A stretch of 64,000 bases of DNA from Gloeobacterales cyanobacterium (GTDB lineage: Bacteria > Cyanobacteriota > Cyanobacteriia > Gloeobacterales > PMM-0068): the NCBI GenBank assembly GCA_038245785.1, contig JBBRSB010000008.1:1-64000 (forward strand). The letters are read 5' to 3'. Below are positions 51,289-59,011 of this stretch, piece after piece (within the stretch, counting starts at the first letter, position 1; the number at the start of each line of letters is the position of its first letter). A model generated the notes under the pieces. It ran no database searches and was not told where the DNA came from. It worked only from the letters and a program-made list of their open reading frames with translations. The position numbers and the translations under genes are program-made.

Positions 51289-52713
51289 ATGTCTCAGCGC
51301 ATTGTGATCGATCCTGTCACCCGCATTGAGGGTCACGCTAAAATCACCATTTACCTTGATGATGCCGGAGCAGTAGCGGATGCCCGTTTTCATGTGACGG
51401 AGTTTCGAGGATTTGAAAAGTTCTGCGAGGGTCGCTCTCTCTGGGAAATGCCAGCTATTACGTCCCGCATCTGTGGCATTTGCCCGGTTAGTCATTTGCT
51501 AGCCTCTGCTAAGGCTGGGGACCGAATTCTCTCCGTCACCATTCCACCCGCCGCTGTCAAACTGCGCCGGATTATGAATCTGGCCCAGATTATCCAATCC
51601 CATTCCCTCAGTTTCTTTCACCTCAGCGCTCCAGATTTACTCTTGGGCCTGGATAGCGATCCTGCTTCCCGCAATGTATTTGGTCTGATCGCCGCTGAGC
51701 CGGAACTGGCACGAGGGGGTATTCGCCTGCGCCAGTTTGGTCAAGAGATTATTGAAATCCTCGGTGGTCGTAAGATTCATCCCTCTTGGGCGGTTCCAGG
51801 GGGGGTACGAGAACCTCTAACCGAAGAGGGACGCTTCCATATTCGGGACCGCATTCCTGAAGCGCAGGCTACCGCCCTAAACGCTATCGACCGATTTAAA
51901 CGCCTACTGGATGACTACCAGCAAGAAACCGAAGTCTTTGGTAACTTCCCCAGTTTATTTATGGGTTTGGTCACTGCCGATGGAGCTTGGGAGCACTATG
52001 ACGGCTATCTCCGCTTTATGGATAGCGAAGGGAACATCCTGGCCGATGGACTCGACCCAACTCGCTTTGAAGAATTCCTTGGGGAAGCGGTCGAACCCTG
52101 GTCCTATCTAAAATTCCCCTACTACAAACCTCTCGGCTATCCAGCAGGTATGTATCGCGTTGGTCCCCTGGCCCGTCTTAATATTTGCACCCATATTGGC
52201 GTGCCCTTGGCAGACCAAGAGTTAAGAGAGTTCCGCGACCGAGGGAAGGGCACGGTCCTTTCTTCCTTTTTCTATCACTACGCGCGACTGATCGAGATTC
52301 TGGGGAGCATTGAACACATTGCTCAACTTCTGGATGACCCCGATATTCTTTCGAGCCATCTCCGTGCCCATGCGCGTATTAATCAGTTAGAAGGAATTGG
52401 CGTCAGTGAAGCGCCCCGTGGCACGCTGTTTCATCACTATCACGTAGATGAAAATGGCTTGATGAAAAAGATAAACCTGATGATTGCCACGGGACAAAAT
52501 AACCTAGCGATGAATCGTATTGTGACCCAGATTGCCCAACATTACATCCACGGTCCCGAAATTCCTGAGGGAATGCTGAATCGTGTTGAAGCGGGTATTC
52601 GTGCCTTCGATCCCTGTCTCAGTTGTTCAACTCATGCCGCAGGTCAGATGCCATTGCACGTTCAATTAATTGCAATGGATGGCAGCTTACTGGATGAGGT
52701 CTGGCGCGATTAA
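51289..52713 (+). CDS. hoxH: NiFe hydrogenase large subunit HoxH
   Basis: TRIEGH, RICGICP (L1), DPCLSCSTH (L2), plus a cleavable C-terminal tail. Confidence 0.97.
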   Translation: MSQRIVIDPVTRIEGHAKITIYLDDAGAVADARFHVTEFRGFEKFCEGRSLWEMPAITSRICGICPVSHLLASAKAGDRILSVTIPPAAVKLRRIMNLAQIIQSHSLSFFHLSAPDLLLGLDSDPASRNVFGLIAAEPELARGGIRLRQFGQEIIEILGGRKIHPSWAVPGGVREPLTEEGRFHIRDRIPEAQATALNAIDRFKRLLDDYQQETEVFGNFPSLFMGLVTADGAWEHYDGYLRFMDSEGNILADGLDPTRFEEFLGEAVEPWSYLKFPYYKPLGYPAGMYRVGPLARLNICTHIGVPLADQELREFRDRGKGTVLSSFFYHYARLIEILGSIEHIAQLLDDPDILSSHLRAHARINQLEGIGVSEAPRGTLFHHYHVDENGLMKKINLMIATGQNNLAMNRIVTQIAQHYIHGPEIPEGMLNRVEAGIRAFDPCLSCSTHAAGQMPLHVQLIAMDGSLLDEVWRD

Positions 52714-52861
52714 TAGTTTTCTAAACAACAGCAGCAGCGCTAAAAATTTCAAAATAGATGATTGCTCGTCTATAGGAGAGAATTCATCATGCGGAACACT
52801 GATCCAAGAGAAACTTTTCAAATAGTCAAAAGGTATAATTTGTATTGCTTTTCTATCACGG

Positions 52862-53040
52862 GATACAGATGAGCCGCGCTATCTGGTCATCGGCATGATC
52901 GAAGGTAAGTACTGGTCTGCCGTAATCACTTATCGCCGTGAACGCATCCGTCTGATCTCGGTCAGACGTTCAAGACCAGAGGAGATTAAACTTTATGAAA
53001 GCTTCTGATTTCGACAAGCGTTTCGACGAGGGCGAAGCGG
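52862..53040 (+). pseudogene. Truncated BrnT toxin 3' half and BrnA-type antitoxin 5' end
   Basis: DEPRYLVIGMIEGKYWSAVITYRRERIRLISVRRSRPEEIKLYESF* (no start codon) overlaps MKASDFDKRFDEGE at 52995. Confidence 0.8.
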
Positions 53041-53079
53041 ATATGACTACGGTGAGAGCCCAAGGTGAACGCTCTAAAC

Positions 53080-53099
53080 TGCAACTAAGTCTAGTTGCA
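53080..53099. promoter_or_regulatory. Palindromic operator upstream of hicAB
   Basis: TGCAACTA-AGTC-TAGTTGCA. Confidence 0.6.
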
Positions 53100-53146
53100 A
53101 TGTGGGCCTAAAGATCAGGTAATAGAGTCAAGCATGACAAAGGGGA

Positions 53147-53401
53147 ATGGCTCATAAAGAAAAGCTGCTGAAACGGCTACTCAGTGAACCCAAAGACTTT
53201 AGCTGGGAAGACCTCGTAACACTTCTGTCATGGCTAGGTTTTGAGGAAGCCAGCACGGGTAAAACAGGGGGGTCACGGAGGCGATTTTTAGATAACCGAG
53301 GAATTGTAATCAGTCTGCACAAACCTCACCCACACAATATTCTGAAGAGTTATCAAATTGAGCAGGTCATCGAGATTATAAAGCAGGAAGGATATCTATG
53401 A
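53147..53401 (+). CDS. hicA: HicA-family toxin
   Basis: DFSWEDL, GGSRRRF, LHKPHP, LKSYQI. Confidence 0.9.
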   Translation: MAHKEKLLKRLLSEPKDFSWEDLVTLLSWLGFEEASTGKTGGSRRRFLDNRGIVISLHKPHPHNILKSYQIEQVIEIIKQEGYL

Positions 53402-53754
53402 AAGACATGATGGAGTACAAAAGCTATTTAGGTTCGGTTCACTACAATGATCAAGATGAAGTCTTCTACGGAAAAGTAGAGTACATTCGCAGTCTCATTA
53501 GCTACGAGGGTCATGATGTTGAAACCCTGCGAGCGAGCTTTCAAGAGGGCATTAATGATTATCTAGAGCTTTGCCAACAAAAAGGGATTGTGCCAGAGCA
53601 ACCGTTCAAAGGCAGCTTTAATATCAGACCTGGAACTGAGCTACATCGACGAGCGGCGATTGCGGCTCAAGAGCAGGGTATTAATTTGAACAAGCTGGTG
53701 AGCGAGGCTTTAGAACATTATCTAAACAATAGACAACCCTCATCTATTCTCTGA
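53398..53754 (+). CDS. hicB: HicB-family antitoxin
   Basis: MEYKSYLG, INDYLELC, PFKGSFNIR..ELH, INLN. Confidence 0.92.
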   Translation: MKDMMEYKSYLGSVHYNDQDEVFYGKVEYIRSLISYEGHDVETLRASFQEGINDYLELCQQKGIVPEQPFKGSFNIRPGTELHRRAAIAAQEQGINLNKLVSEALEHYLNNRQPSSIL

Positions 53755-53834
53755 AGGAAGACTCTCTAGCTTCCTAAGAAAACTGGACCAAAAGGTTGTC
53801 ATTCAGATTTCGCAGCATCAGGAAGAAGCGAGTT

Positions 53835-54154
53835 ATGAGTCGATTGACCGTCCGATTACCTGAAACACTGCATCAACAACTGATCCATCTAGCGGAGAGG
53901 GAAGGAGTATCGCTGAATCAGTACATTGTTCATGCTTTGATTCATCAGGTTTCCCCAACTTATTCAGTGCAAGCCATTCCTGAAACAGAAGTTAAACAGC
54001 AGCAATAGGCTTTCAAGGCATTGGTCCAGAAACTGGGGAAAGCATCTTCCACGGAGATCGAATCAGTCCTAGCGGAACGGAACGAGTTGAACCAGAGGAA
54101 GAACTGAGTTCAGAAATGGTCGCCCGTTTACAGGAGTGAATTCGTCATAAATAG
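53835..54154 (+). pseudogene. Degenerate copy of the RHH antitoxin at 58625
   Basis: Near-identical to 58625-58938 but with TAG at 54006, a 1-nt deletion and a further TGA; no cognate PIN gene. Confidence 0.85.
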
Positions 54155-54185
54155 CACCAGGGATGTTAACAGGCAGCTTATATAC

Positions 54186-54557
54186 TTACAATTCTGGAAT
54201 AGTTACCAGTAAAGAAGCCTTTTCTTTTGAAATTGGCTTTGGTCTCACTACGATCTCAACGTCCTGGTCAAGACGTGTCAGATATTCGATAAGCGTTGAA
54301 GTTGAGAACTCAGAGAGCCTACCTCGAACTAGCTTCGACACCTTCGCCTGATCGATTTTGAGGATAGCGCCAGCCTGCATCTGAGTGAGTTCTCGCTCCC
54401 TAATCACCGCAGAGATCCGTTGTACAAGCTGGGCTTTTGCCTGACGCTCTTCAGGATCAGGCAGTCCAAGATCAGCAAAAACATTCCCGCTCCCTGATAC
54501 AACAGTTTCCCCTGCATAAGTTTTGTCTTGTTTCGCTTTCATGATTGACCTCTTCAA
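54186..54557 (-). CDS. XRE-HTH (HigA/HTH_37-like) antitoxin
   Basis: GSGNVFADLG, LTQMQAG, QAKVSKL.RG. Confidence 0.9.
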   Translation of the reverse strand: MKRSIMKAKQDKTYAGETVVSGSGNVFADLGLPDPEERQAKAQLVQRISAVIRERELTQMQAGAILKIDQAKVSKLVRGRLSEFSTSTLIEYLTRLDQDVEIVVRPKPISKEKASLLVTIPEL

Positions 54558-54913
54558 TAATTTTCCTTATAGTGCTCTTCTGCGGCCTTAAGCCTCTTTT
54601 TTACAAGATCGATTTCTTCCTTTGGTGTCGCTATGCCTTTCTTCGATTTTTTCTGAAATGCATGAAGAACATACACTACCCCTTTAAATTTCACTGTGTA
54701 TACGGCCCGGTAGGTATCTCCATCAAAATCGTCGATAACTTCAAGCACTCCAGCCCCTCCAAATCCCTGAAGAGGCTTGGTGGATTCATGCTTTTCTCCT
54801 TGTTGAGCAACATCAAGAGCCACACCTATGGAATCCTTGACCTCTTCGGGAAATGCTTTCAGATCTTTGAGGGAAGATCCTATCCATTCGATAGGTTTTC
54901 GTTCTCTTTACAC
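54554..54913 (-). pseudogene. Gp49-like RelE/HigB toxin whose probable GTG start is followed immediately by TAA
   Basis: In-frame GTG TAA then RERKPIEWIGSSLKDLKAFPEEVK...TYRAVY..VYVLHAFQKKS. Confidence 0.75.
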
Positions 54914-54944
54914 CTTATGACAATATTGTCATAAGGTGTAAAGA
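54905..54944. repeat. Perfect 40-bp palindrome (operator-like)
   Basis: TCTTTACACCTTATGACAAT|ATTGTCATAAGGTGTAAAGA. Confidence 0.92.
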
Positions 54945-54969
54945 TCAAGGCCCCATGAATGGAGGACGT

Positions 54970-55113
54970 ATGAAGAAGAAAACTTCTGACCATCTGACTG
55001 CTGAACAAAAGGTAGAAATTGAAGCCTTAGCCGCTTTTCTAGAAGACCAGATCAAAACGGATGATATTCCCGAAGTGCAGGACTGGAGCGGTGCCACCCA
55101 TGGGATTTTTTAC
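54970..55113 (+). pseudogene. BrnA antitoxin N-terminal fragment (copy of the 57679 gene)
   Basis: MKKKTSDHLTAEQKVEIEALAA...DWSGATHGIFY; similarity then jumps to the sequence downstream of the intact copy. Confidence 0.82.
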
Positions 55114-55127
55114 CCGAAGGTCTCCTC

Positions 55128-55280
55128 TCATGGGGCAAAAAATAACGTGGGCGATAGATGAAAAAACGCTCCCAAACCCTTGGCCTGAGCTTTGCTAATA
55201 GACCGCTTACCATTCGAACAAAAATAGTGCCACTACGATAGTTAATCTCTGCAATTAACCAATAGTGATTTCCTTTAATT
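55128..55280 (-). pseudogene. Collapsed higBA remnant
   Basis: HigB-like IKGNHYWLIAEINYRSGTIFVR abuts HigA-like tail NGKRSISKAQAKGLGAFFHLSPTLFFAP*. Confidence 0.75.
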
Positions 55281-55322
55281 TTTGCTTTTATAAGCATTTA
55301 CTTATATTATAGAGATGTGAGT

Positions 55323-55694
55323 GTGTCAAACCAAAATGACCCAAACGTAAAATCCGTTGTCTGGGTAGGCGATAGTCTCAAACAGGTCAAAAATTTCCCG
55401 ATAGCTGTCCGTAAGGATATCGGAAGTTCCCTCTTCGATGTGTAGAGGGGCAGTGCCCCAGACAATGCAAAACCCTTTAAGGGCGTCGGTAGCGGTGTTT
55501 TTGAAATCGTTACCCGGTTTGATAAGGAGACCTATCGAACAGTTTATGCTGTTCAAATAGGGGAGCGAGTCTATATTCTGCATGCGTTTCAAAAGAAATC
55601 CCCGAAAGGGATAAAGACTGCACAGAAGGATATCGATTTGATTAAGAGCCGCTACAAACAGGCCATTGAGTTAGAACAGGAAGCAAAATCATGA
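55323..55694 (+). pseudogene. Gp49-like RelE/HigB toxin with in-frame TAG
   Basis: KSVVWVGDSLKQVKNFP...FDV*RG...KPFKGVGSGVFEI...TYRTVY...LHAFQKKS; TAG at 55443-45. Missing from the ORF track. Confidence 0.88.
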
Positions 55695-56029
55695 ACGAAG
55701 CATCTACAACTGATGACTATGTTGAAAGCAGTGGCAATGTTTTTGCCGATATGGGTCTTGAAGAAGCTGATGAACTCTTGACGCGCGCGCAGCTTGGCTA
55801 TTCGGTGCGGCAAATTCTAAAGGATAGAGGTCTCAAACAACAGGACATTGCCACCTTATTGGATATCAAACAGCCAGAAGTTTCCAATCTCATGCAAGGA
55901 AAATATCATCTATTCTCTGAAGGAAGACTCTTTAGTTTCCTAAGGAAACTGAACCAGAAAGTTATCATCCAGATTTCGCAGCATCAGGACGGTGAACCTT
56001 TTCAACAAGTTGCGATGGGGAATATCTAA
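55691..56029 (+). CDS. XRE-HTH antitoxin
   Basis: SSGNVFADMG, LKQQDIA, QPEVSNL; ATGA overlap with the broken toxin. Confidence 0.9.
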   Translation: MNEASTTDDYVESSGNVFADMGLEEADELLTRAQLGYSVRQILKDRGLKQQDIATLLDIKQPEVSNLMQGKYHLFSEGRLFSFLRKLNQKVIIQISQHQDGEPFQQVAMGNI

Positions 56030-56060
56030 CAATATCGACAAGCTGTAGAGCAGATAAAAT

Positions 56061-56327
56061 ATGAACCATCCTAAAAAAAAACCCGTTTTTGAGCGCGGAA
56101 GTGGGAATGTCTACGCCGATCTCGGACTGGACGACGCTGAGGAACTGTTTGTGCGTTCACAACTAGGCTTTCAGGTCTGGAAAATTCTCAAAGAATCAGG
56201 CTTGAAACAATGGGAAATTGCAGAACTTTTGGGCATCAAACAATCTGAAGTCTCCCATTTGATGAATGAAGAGTTTAGCCGCTTCAGCGAAGGCAAACTG
56301 CTAAATTTTCTCAAGCGACTCGATTGA
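56061..56327 (+). CDS. XRE-HTH antitoxin paralogue, C-terminally truncated, orphan
   Basis: GSGNVYADLG...FLKRLD* followed in frame by EVTIQI; preceded only by a toxin-like tail (YRQAVEQIKYEPS*). Confidence 0.78.
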   Translation: MNHPKKKPVFERGSGNVYADLGLDDAEELFVRSQLGFQVWKILKESGLKQWEIAELLGIKQSEVSHLMNEEFSRFSEGKLLNFLKRLD

Positions 56328-56441
56328 GAAGTCACTATTCAAATCACTACAGTAATACCTTCTCGAAATCCCAAGACTATAACCAAGAGGACGGCGACGC
56401 GTTAGTTCAGAAGTTTTCTCTGGAAATTTTGGTAGAGATGC

Positions 56442-56472
56442 TACTAAATTTTAGTACTATAAAATGGTACTA
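56442..56472. promoter_or_regulatory. Overlapping palindromic operators before the second hicAB
   Basis: TACTAAA-T-TTTAGTA and TAGTACTAT-AAA-ATGGTACTA. Confidence 0.55.
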
Positions 56473-56479
56473 TTAAAGC

Positions 56480-56734
56480 ATGAACCAAAAGCAGCGAAAC
56501 ACCTATAGCGCTCTTTTCGCTGAACCCATCCGACGCAACATTCTCTGGAATGAGGTTGTTTCTTTGATTCTTGCTTTAGATGGGCAGGTGCTTCAAGGCG
56601 ATGGTTCTAGGGTGCGCTTTGACTTAAATGAGGTTTCGCTGAACATTCACTCTCCTCACCCGCAAAAAGAATTAAAGCGCTATCAAGTCAAGGCTATTCG
56701 TGAGTTTTTAGTTAATGCAGGAGTTGAACTATGA
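56480..56734 (+). CDS. hicA: HicA-family toxin
   Basis: NILWNEV, GSRVRF, HSPHP, LKRYQV. Confidence 0.9.
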   Translation: MNQKQRNTYSALFAEPIRRNILWNEVVSLILALDGQVLQGDGSRVRFDLNEVSLNIHSPHPQKELKRYQVKAIREFLVNAGVEL

Positions 56735-57057
56735 ACTATAAAGAGTATGAAGCGGTTGTTGAGTATGACGATCAAGACAAACTCTTTGTCGGGAAGGTCA
56801 TCAATACCCGCGATGTAATCGCTTTTGATGGCCTCTCTGTGGATGAGCTTGAAGCCTCTTTCCACGCTGCGGTTGATGATTATCTTCAGGACTGTGCTCG
56901 TCTTGGTAAGGATCCTGATAAGCCTTTTTCTGGGCGTTTTAATCTTCGTATCGCTCCTGAACTTCATCGTCAGGTTGTGATCCGTGCTGAGCAGGAAGGG
57001 GTTAGTCTCAATGCTTTTGTCGAAAAAACGCTTGCTCAGACCGTCTCTAGGCGTTGA
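56731..57057 (+). CDS. hicB: HicB-family antitoxin
   Basis: YKEY, AVDDYL..C, KPFSGRFNLRIAPELH, VSLN. Confidence 0.92.
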   Translation: MNYKEYEAVVEYDDQDKLFVGKVINTRDVIAFDGLSVDELEASFHAAVDDYLQDCARLGKDPDKPFSGRFNLRIAPELHRQVVIRAEQEGVSLNAFVEKTLAQTVSRR

Positions 57058-57076
57058 TCGTGACAGACTGGTGACG

Positions 57077-57153
57077 ACCCGCAGGGCGAAGGGTACCAAA
57101 CCAGCATCAATCGTGCCTTGCGCAAACACATCACGCAGCGTCATCAACTTTGA
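57077..57153 (+). pseudogene. BrnA antitoxin C-terminal fragment
   Basis: PQGEGYQTSINRALRKHITQRHQL*, a near copy of 57890-57966. Confidence 0.82.
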
Positions 57154-57351
57154 ACGTAGTTTCAGGTGAACTTCATCCAAAAGCAACAGTGATGCCATAA
57201 CATTTCTCTTCCTCAGTATTAAATCCCAAAGAAAAATAGATATCACTCAAAAAATGGTGGCTACGGAGCCTTTGCCTGAATGGTGAAACGCACCTAGCCG
57301 CTACCAATCCTGCCCAGTTCGAAAAGCTCTGGTAGGAGGTTGATAAAACAA

Positions 57352-57389
57352 TTGACAGACAGCAAAAGTAGCTACATATTTGTAGTTAC
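57352..57389 (+). promoter_or_regulatory. brnTA promoter/operator
   Basis: TTGACA followed by GTAGCTACA-TATT-TGTAGTTAC inverted repeat. Confidence 0.55.
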
Positions 57390-57395
57390 ATAAGG

Positions 57396-57698
57396 ATGAG
57401 GCTAAAATTGCGGTGGATATGGAGTGACGCCAAGAACAGGGCGAACAAGCTGAAACATCGCCTTAGCTTCGAGACTGCACAGCTTGTGTTCAATGACCCT
57501 CTCGCAAAGAGTCGGCGCGATCCATACCCCGACGAAGAACGCTGGCAAACCCTTGGTCTTATTGGTCCTGTAACCGTTTTTGTAGTGCATACATGGCCTA
57601 CCTATGACCCGGAAAAAGACGAAGAAGTCGGGCGGATCATTAGTGCCCGTAAAGCAACAAACCATGAACGGAGGGCGTATGAAGAAGACAACTTCTGA
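57396..57698 (+). CDS. brnT: BrnT-family toxin
   Basis: W..AKNRAN.LKH.LSFE.A..VF.DP, EERW..LG, RIISARKA...ER..Y. Confidence 0.92.
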   Translation: MRLKLRWIWSDAKNRANKLKHRLSFETAQLVFNDPLAKSRRDPYPDEERWQTLGLIGPVTVFVVHTWPTYDPEKDEEVGRIISARKATNHERRAYEEDNF

Positions 57699-57966
57699 TC
57701 AGCTGACTGACGAACAAAAGGCAGAAATTGAAGCGCTAGCTGCTTTGTCAGACGACCAGATCAAAACGGATGATATGCCCGAAGTTCGGGACTGGAGCGG
57801 TGCAACCCGTGGGATGTTTTATCGTCCGGTGAAGCAGCAAATCACGCTACGCCTTGATGCTGACCTCATCGACTGGTTCAAGACGCATCACCCGCAGGGC
57901 GAAGGGTACCAGACCAGCATCAACCGTGCCTTGCGCGAATACATTACGCAGCGTCATCAACCTTGA
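57679..57966 (+). CDS. brnA: BrnA-family antitoxin
   Basis: GGAGG RBS before ATG 57679; YRPVKQQITLRLDADLIDWFK, GYQTSINRALR. Confidence 0.92.
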   Translation: MKKTTSDQLTDEQKAEIEALAALSDDQIKTDDMPEVRDWSGATRGMFYRPVKQQITLRLDADLIDWFKTHHPQGEGYQTSINRALREYITQRHQP

Positions 57967-58000
57967 CTATGGTCTATATGGTCTACCTGAAGGCTCCCTT

Positions 58001-58117
58001 TCATGGGGCAAAAAATAACGTGGGGGATAGATGAAAAAACGCTCCCAAGTTCTTGGCCTGAGCTTTGCTAATAGACCGCTTTCCACTGATCACTTCTGAA
58101 GCTATTCCTTGAGAGCC
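58001..58117 (-). pseudogene. HigA antitoxin 3' fragment
   Basis: GSQGIASEVISGKRSISKAQAKNLGAFFHLSPTLFFAP*. Confidence 0.78.
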
Positions 58118-58187
58118 AGCGGCTACTCAACAGTTTTGTTAATCGATGCTCACAGAGTGACACCACATACAGTGCTATAGTAGTGTC

Positions 58188-58628
58188 ATGCCCGCTGCAC
58201 CATTACTTCGAGTTGTCATTGATACTAATGTTGTATTTGAGGGCTTAACTAAGCAGGGTGGGGCTGCGGGTCTCATTATTGATGCTTGGTTGGCTAGTTT
58301 GATGGAAGTCTGCATTTCTAATGCTCTTGCCTATGAATACAAAGATGTGTTGTCACGCAAACTCTCAGCAGCTCGTTGGGGTCAGTTGCAGCCTGTATTG
58401 GGATCACTTCTCAAGGTGGCTCAATTTACGCCAATTTATTTTTCATGGCGACCGACTTCACCGGATGCAGGTGATGATCTGGTCATTGACTGCGCGATGA
58501 ATGCAGATGCAGTAGTTATTACATCAAATCTTCGAGATTTTCGGAGTGCAAAAGAGTCACTGGGTATGCGGGTGATGACACCAGCACAATTAGTCGTCGA
58601 ATTAGCATCAAGAGGAAGCGAGTTATGA
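58188..58628 (+). CDS. PIN-domain toxin
   Basis: VVIDTNV, EY, DAGDD...DCA, ITSNLRDF. Confidence 0.92.
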   Translation: MPAAPLLRVVIDTNVVFEGLTKQGGAAGLIIDAWLASLMEVCISNALAYEYKDVLSRKLSAARWGQLQPVLGSLLKVAQFTPIYFSWRPTSPDAGDDLVIDCAMNADAVVITSNLRDFRSAKESLGMRVMTPAQLVVELASRGSEL

Positions 58629-58969
58629 GCCGATTGACCGTCCGATTACCTGAAACATTGCACCAACAACTGATCCATCTGGCGGAAGGTGAGGGAGTGT
58701 CGCTGAATCAGTACATTGTTTATGCTTTGACTCGTCAGGCGACTTTGGGTTACTCAGTGCAAGTCATTCCTGAAGCAGAAGTTGAACAGCAGCGACAGGC
58801 TTTCAAGGCATTGGTCCAGAAACTGGGGCAAGCATCTTCCACGGAGATCCAATCAGTCCTAGCGGAACGTGAACGGGTCGAGCCAGAGGCAGAACTGAGT
58901 TCAGAAATGGTCGCCCGTCTACAGGAACGAATTCGTCATGGGTCAAAAAATAACGTGGGGAATACATGA
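58625..58969 (+). CDS. RHH (HicB-like) antitoxin
   Basis: MSRLTVRLPETLH...EGVSLNQYIV; ATGA overlap with the PIN gene. Confidence 0.88.
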   Translation: MSRLTVRLPETLHQQLIHLAEGEGVSLNQYIVYALTRQATLGYSVQVIPEAEVEQQRQAFKALVQKLGQASSTEIQSVLAERERVEPEAELSSEMVARLQERIRHGSKNNVGNT

Positions 58970-59011
58970 ACAAGCGCATGTGAGTTCATTAAACCAACTT
59001 TACTGACTAAC

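Noticed and set aside
53796..54008. 70-aa ORF as an intact gene
   Set aside because: It is a chimera of an HTH-gene fragment and a nonsense-truncated RHH antitoxin copy.
55129..55212. Thrice-repeated GGGGCAAAAAATAACGTGGG as an attC site or regulatory repeat
   Set aside because: The minus-strand translation is a HigA C-terminus, so it is a coding remnant; it has no attC-like dyad.
55443..55445. In-frame TAG/TGA codons in toxin and HNH genes as recoding (Pyl, Sec or readthrough)
   Set aside because: They are best explained as nonsense mutations (e.g. CAG>TAG, TGG>TGA, CGA>TGA) in a region full of decay; no recoding signals were seen.
56683..57246. 187-aa minus-strand ORF and the many other short ORFs overlapping recognised genes
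   Set aside because: Antisense or alternate-frame shadows of well-supported genes, with no motifs.
57250..57310. TGGTGGCTACGG resembling the reverse complement of a tRNA 3' end (possible att site)
   Set aside because: No T-loop GTTCRA and no cloverleaf can be formed.
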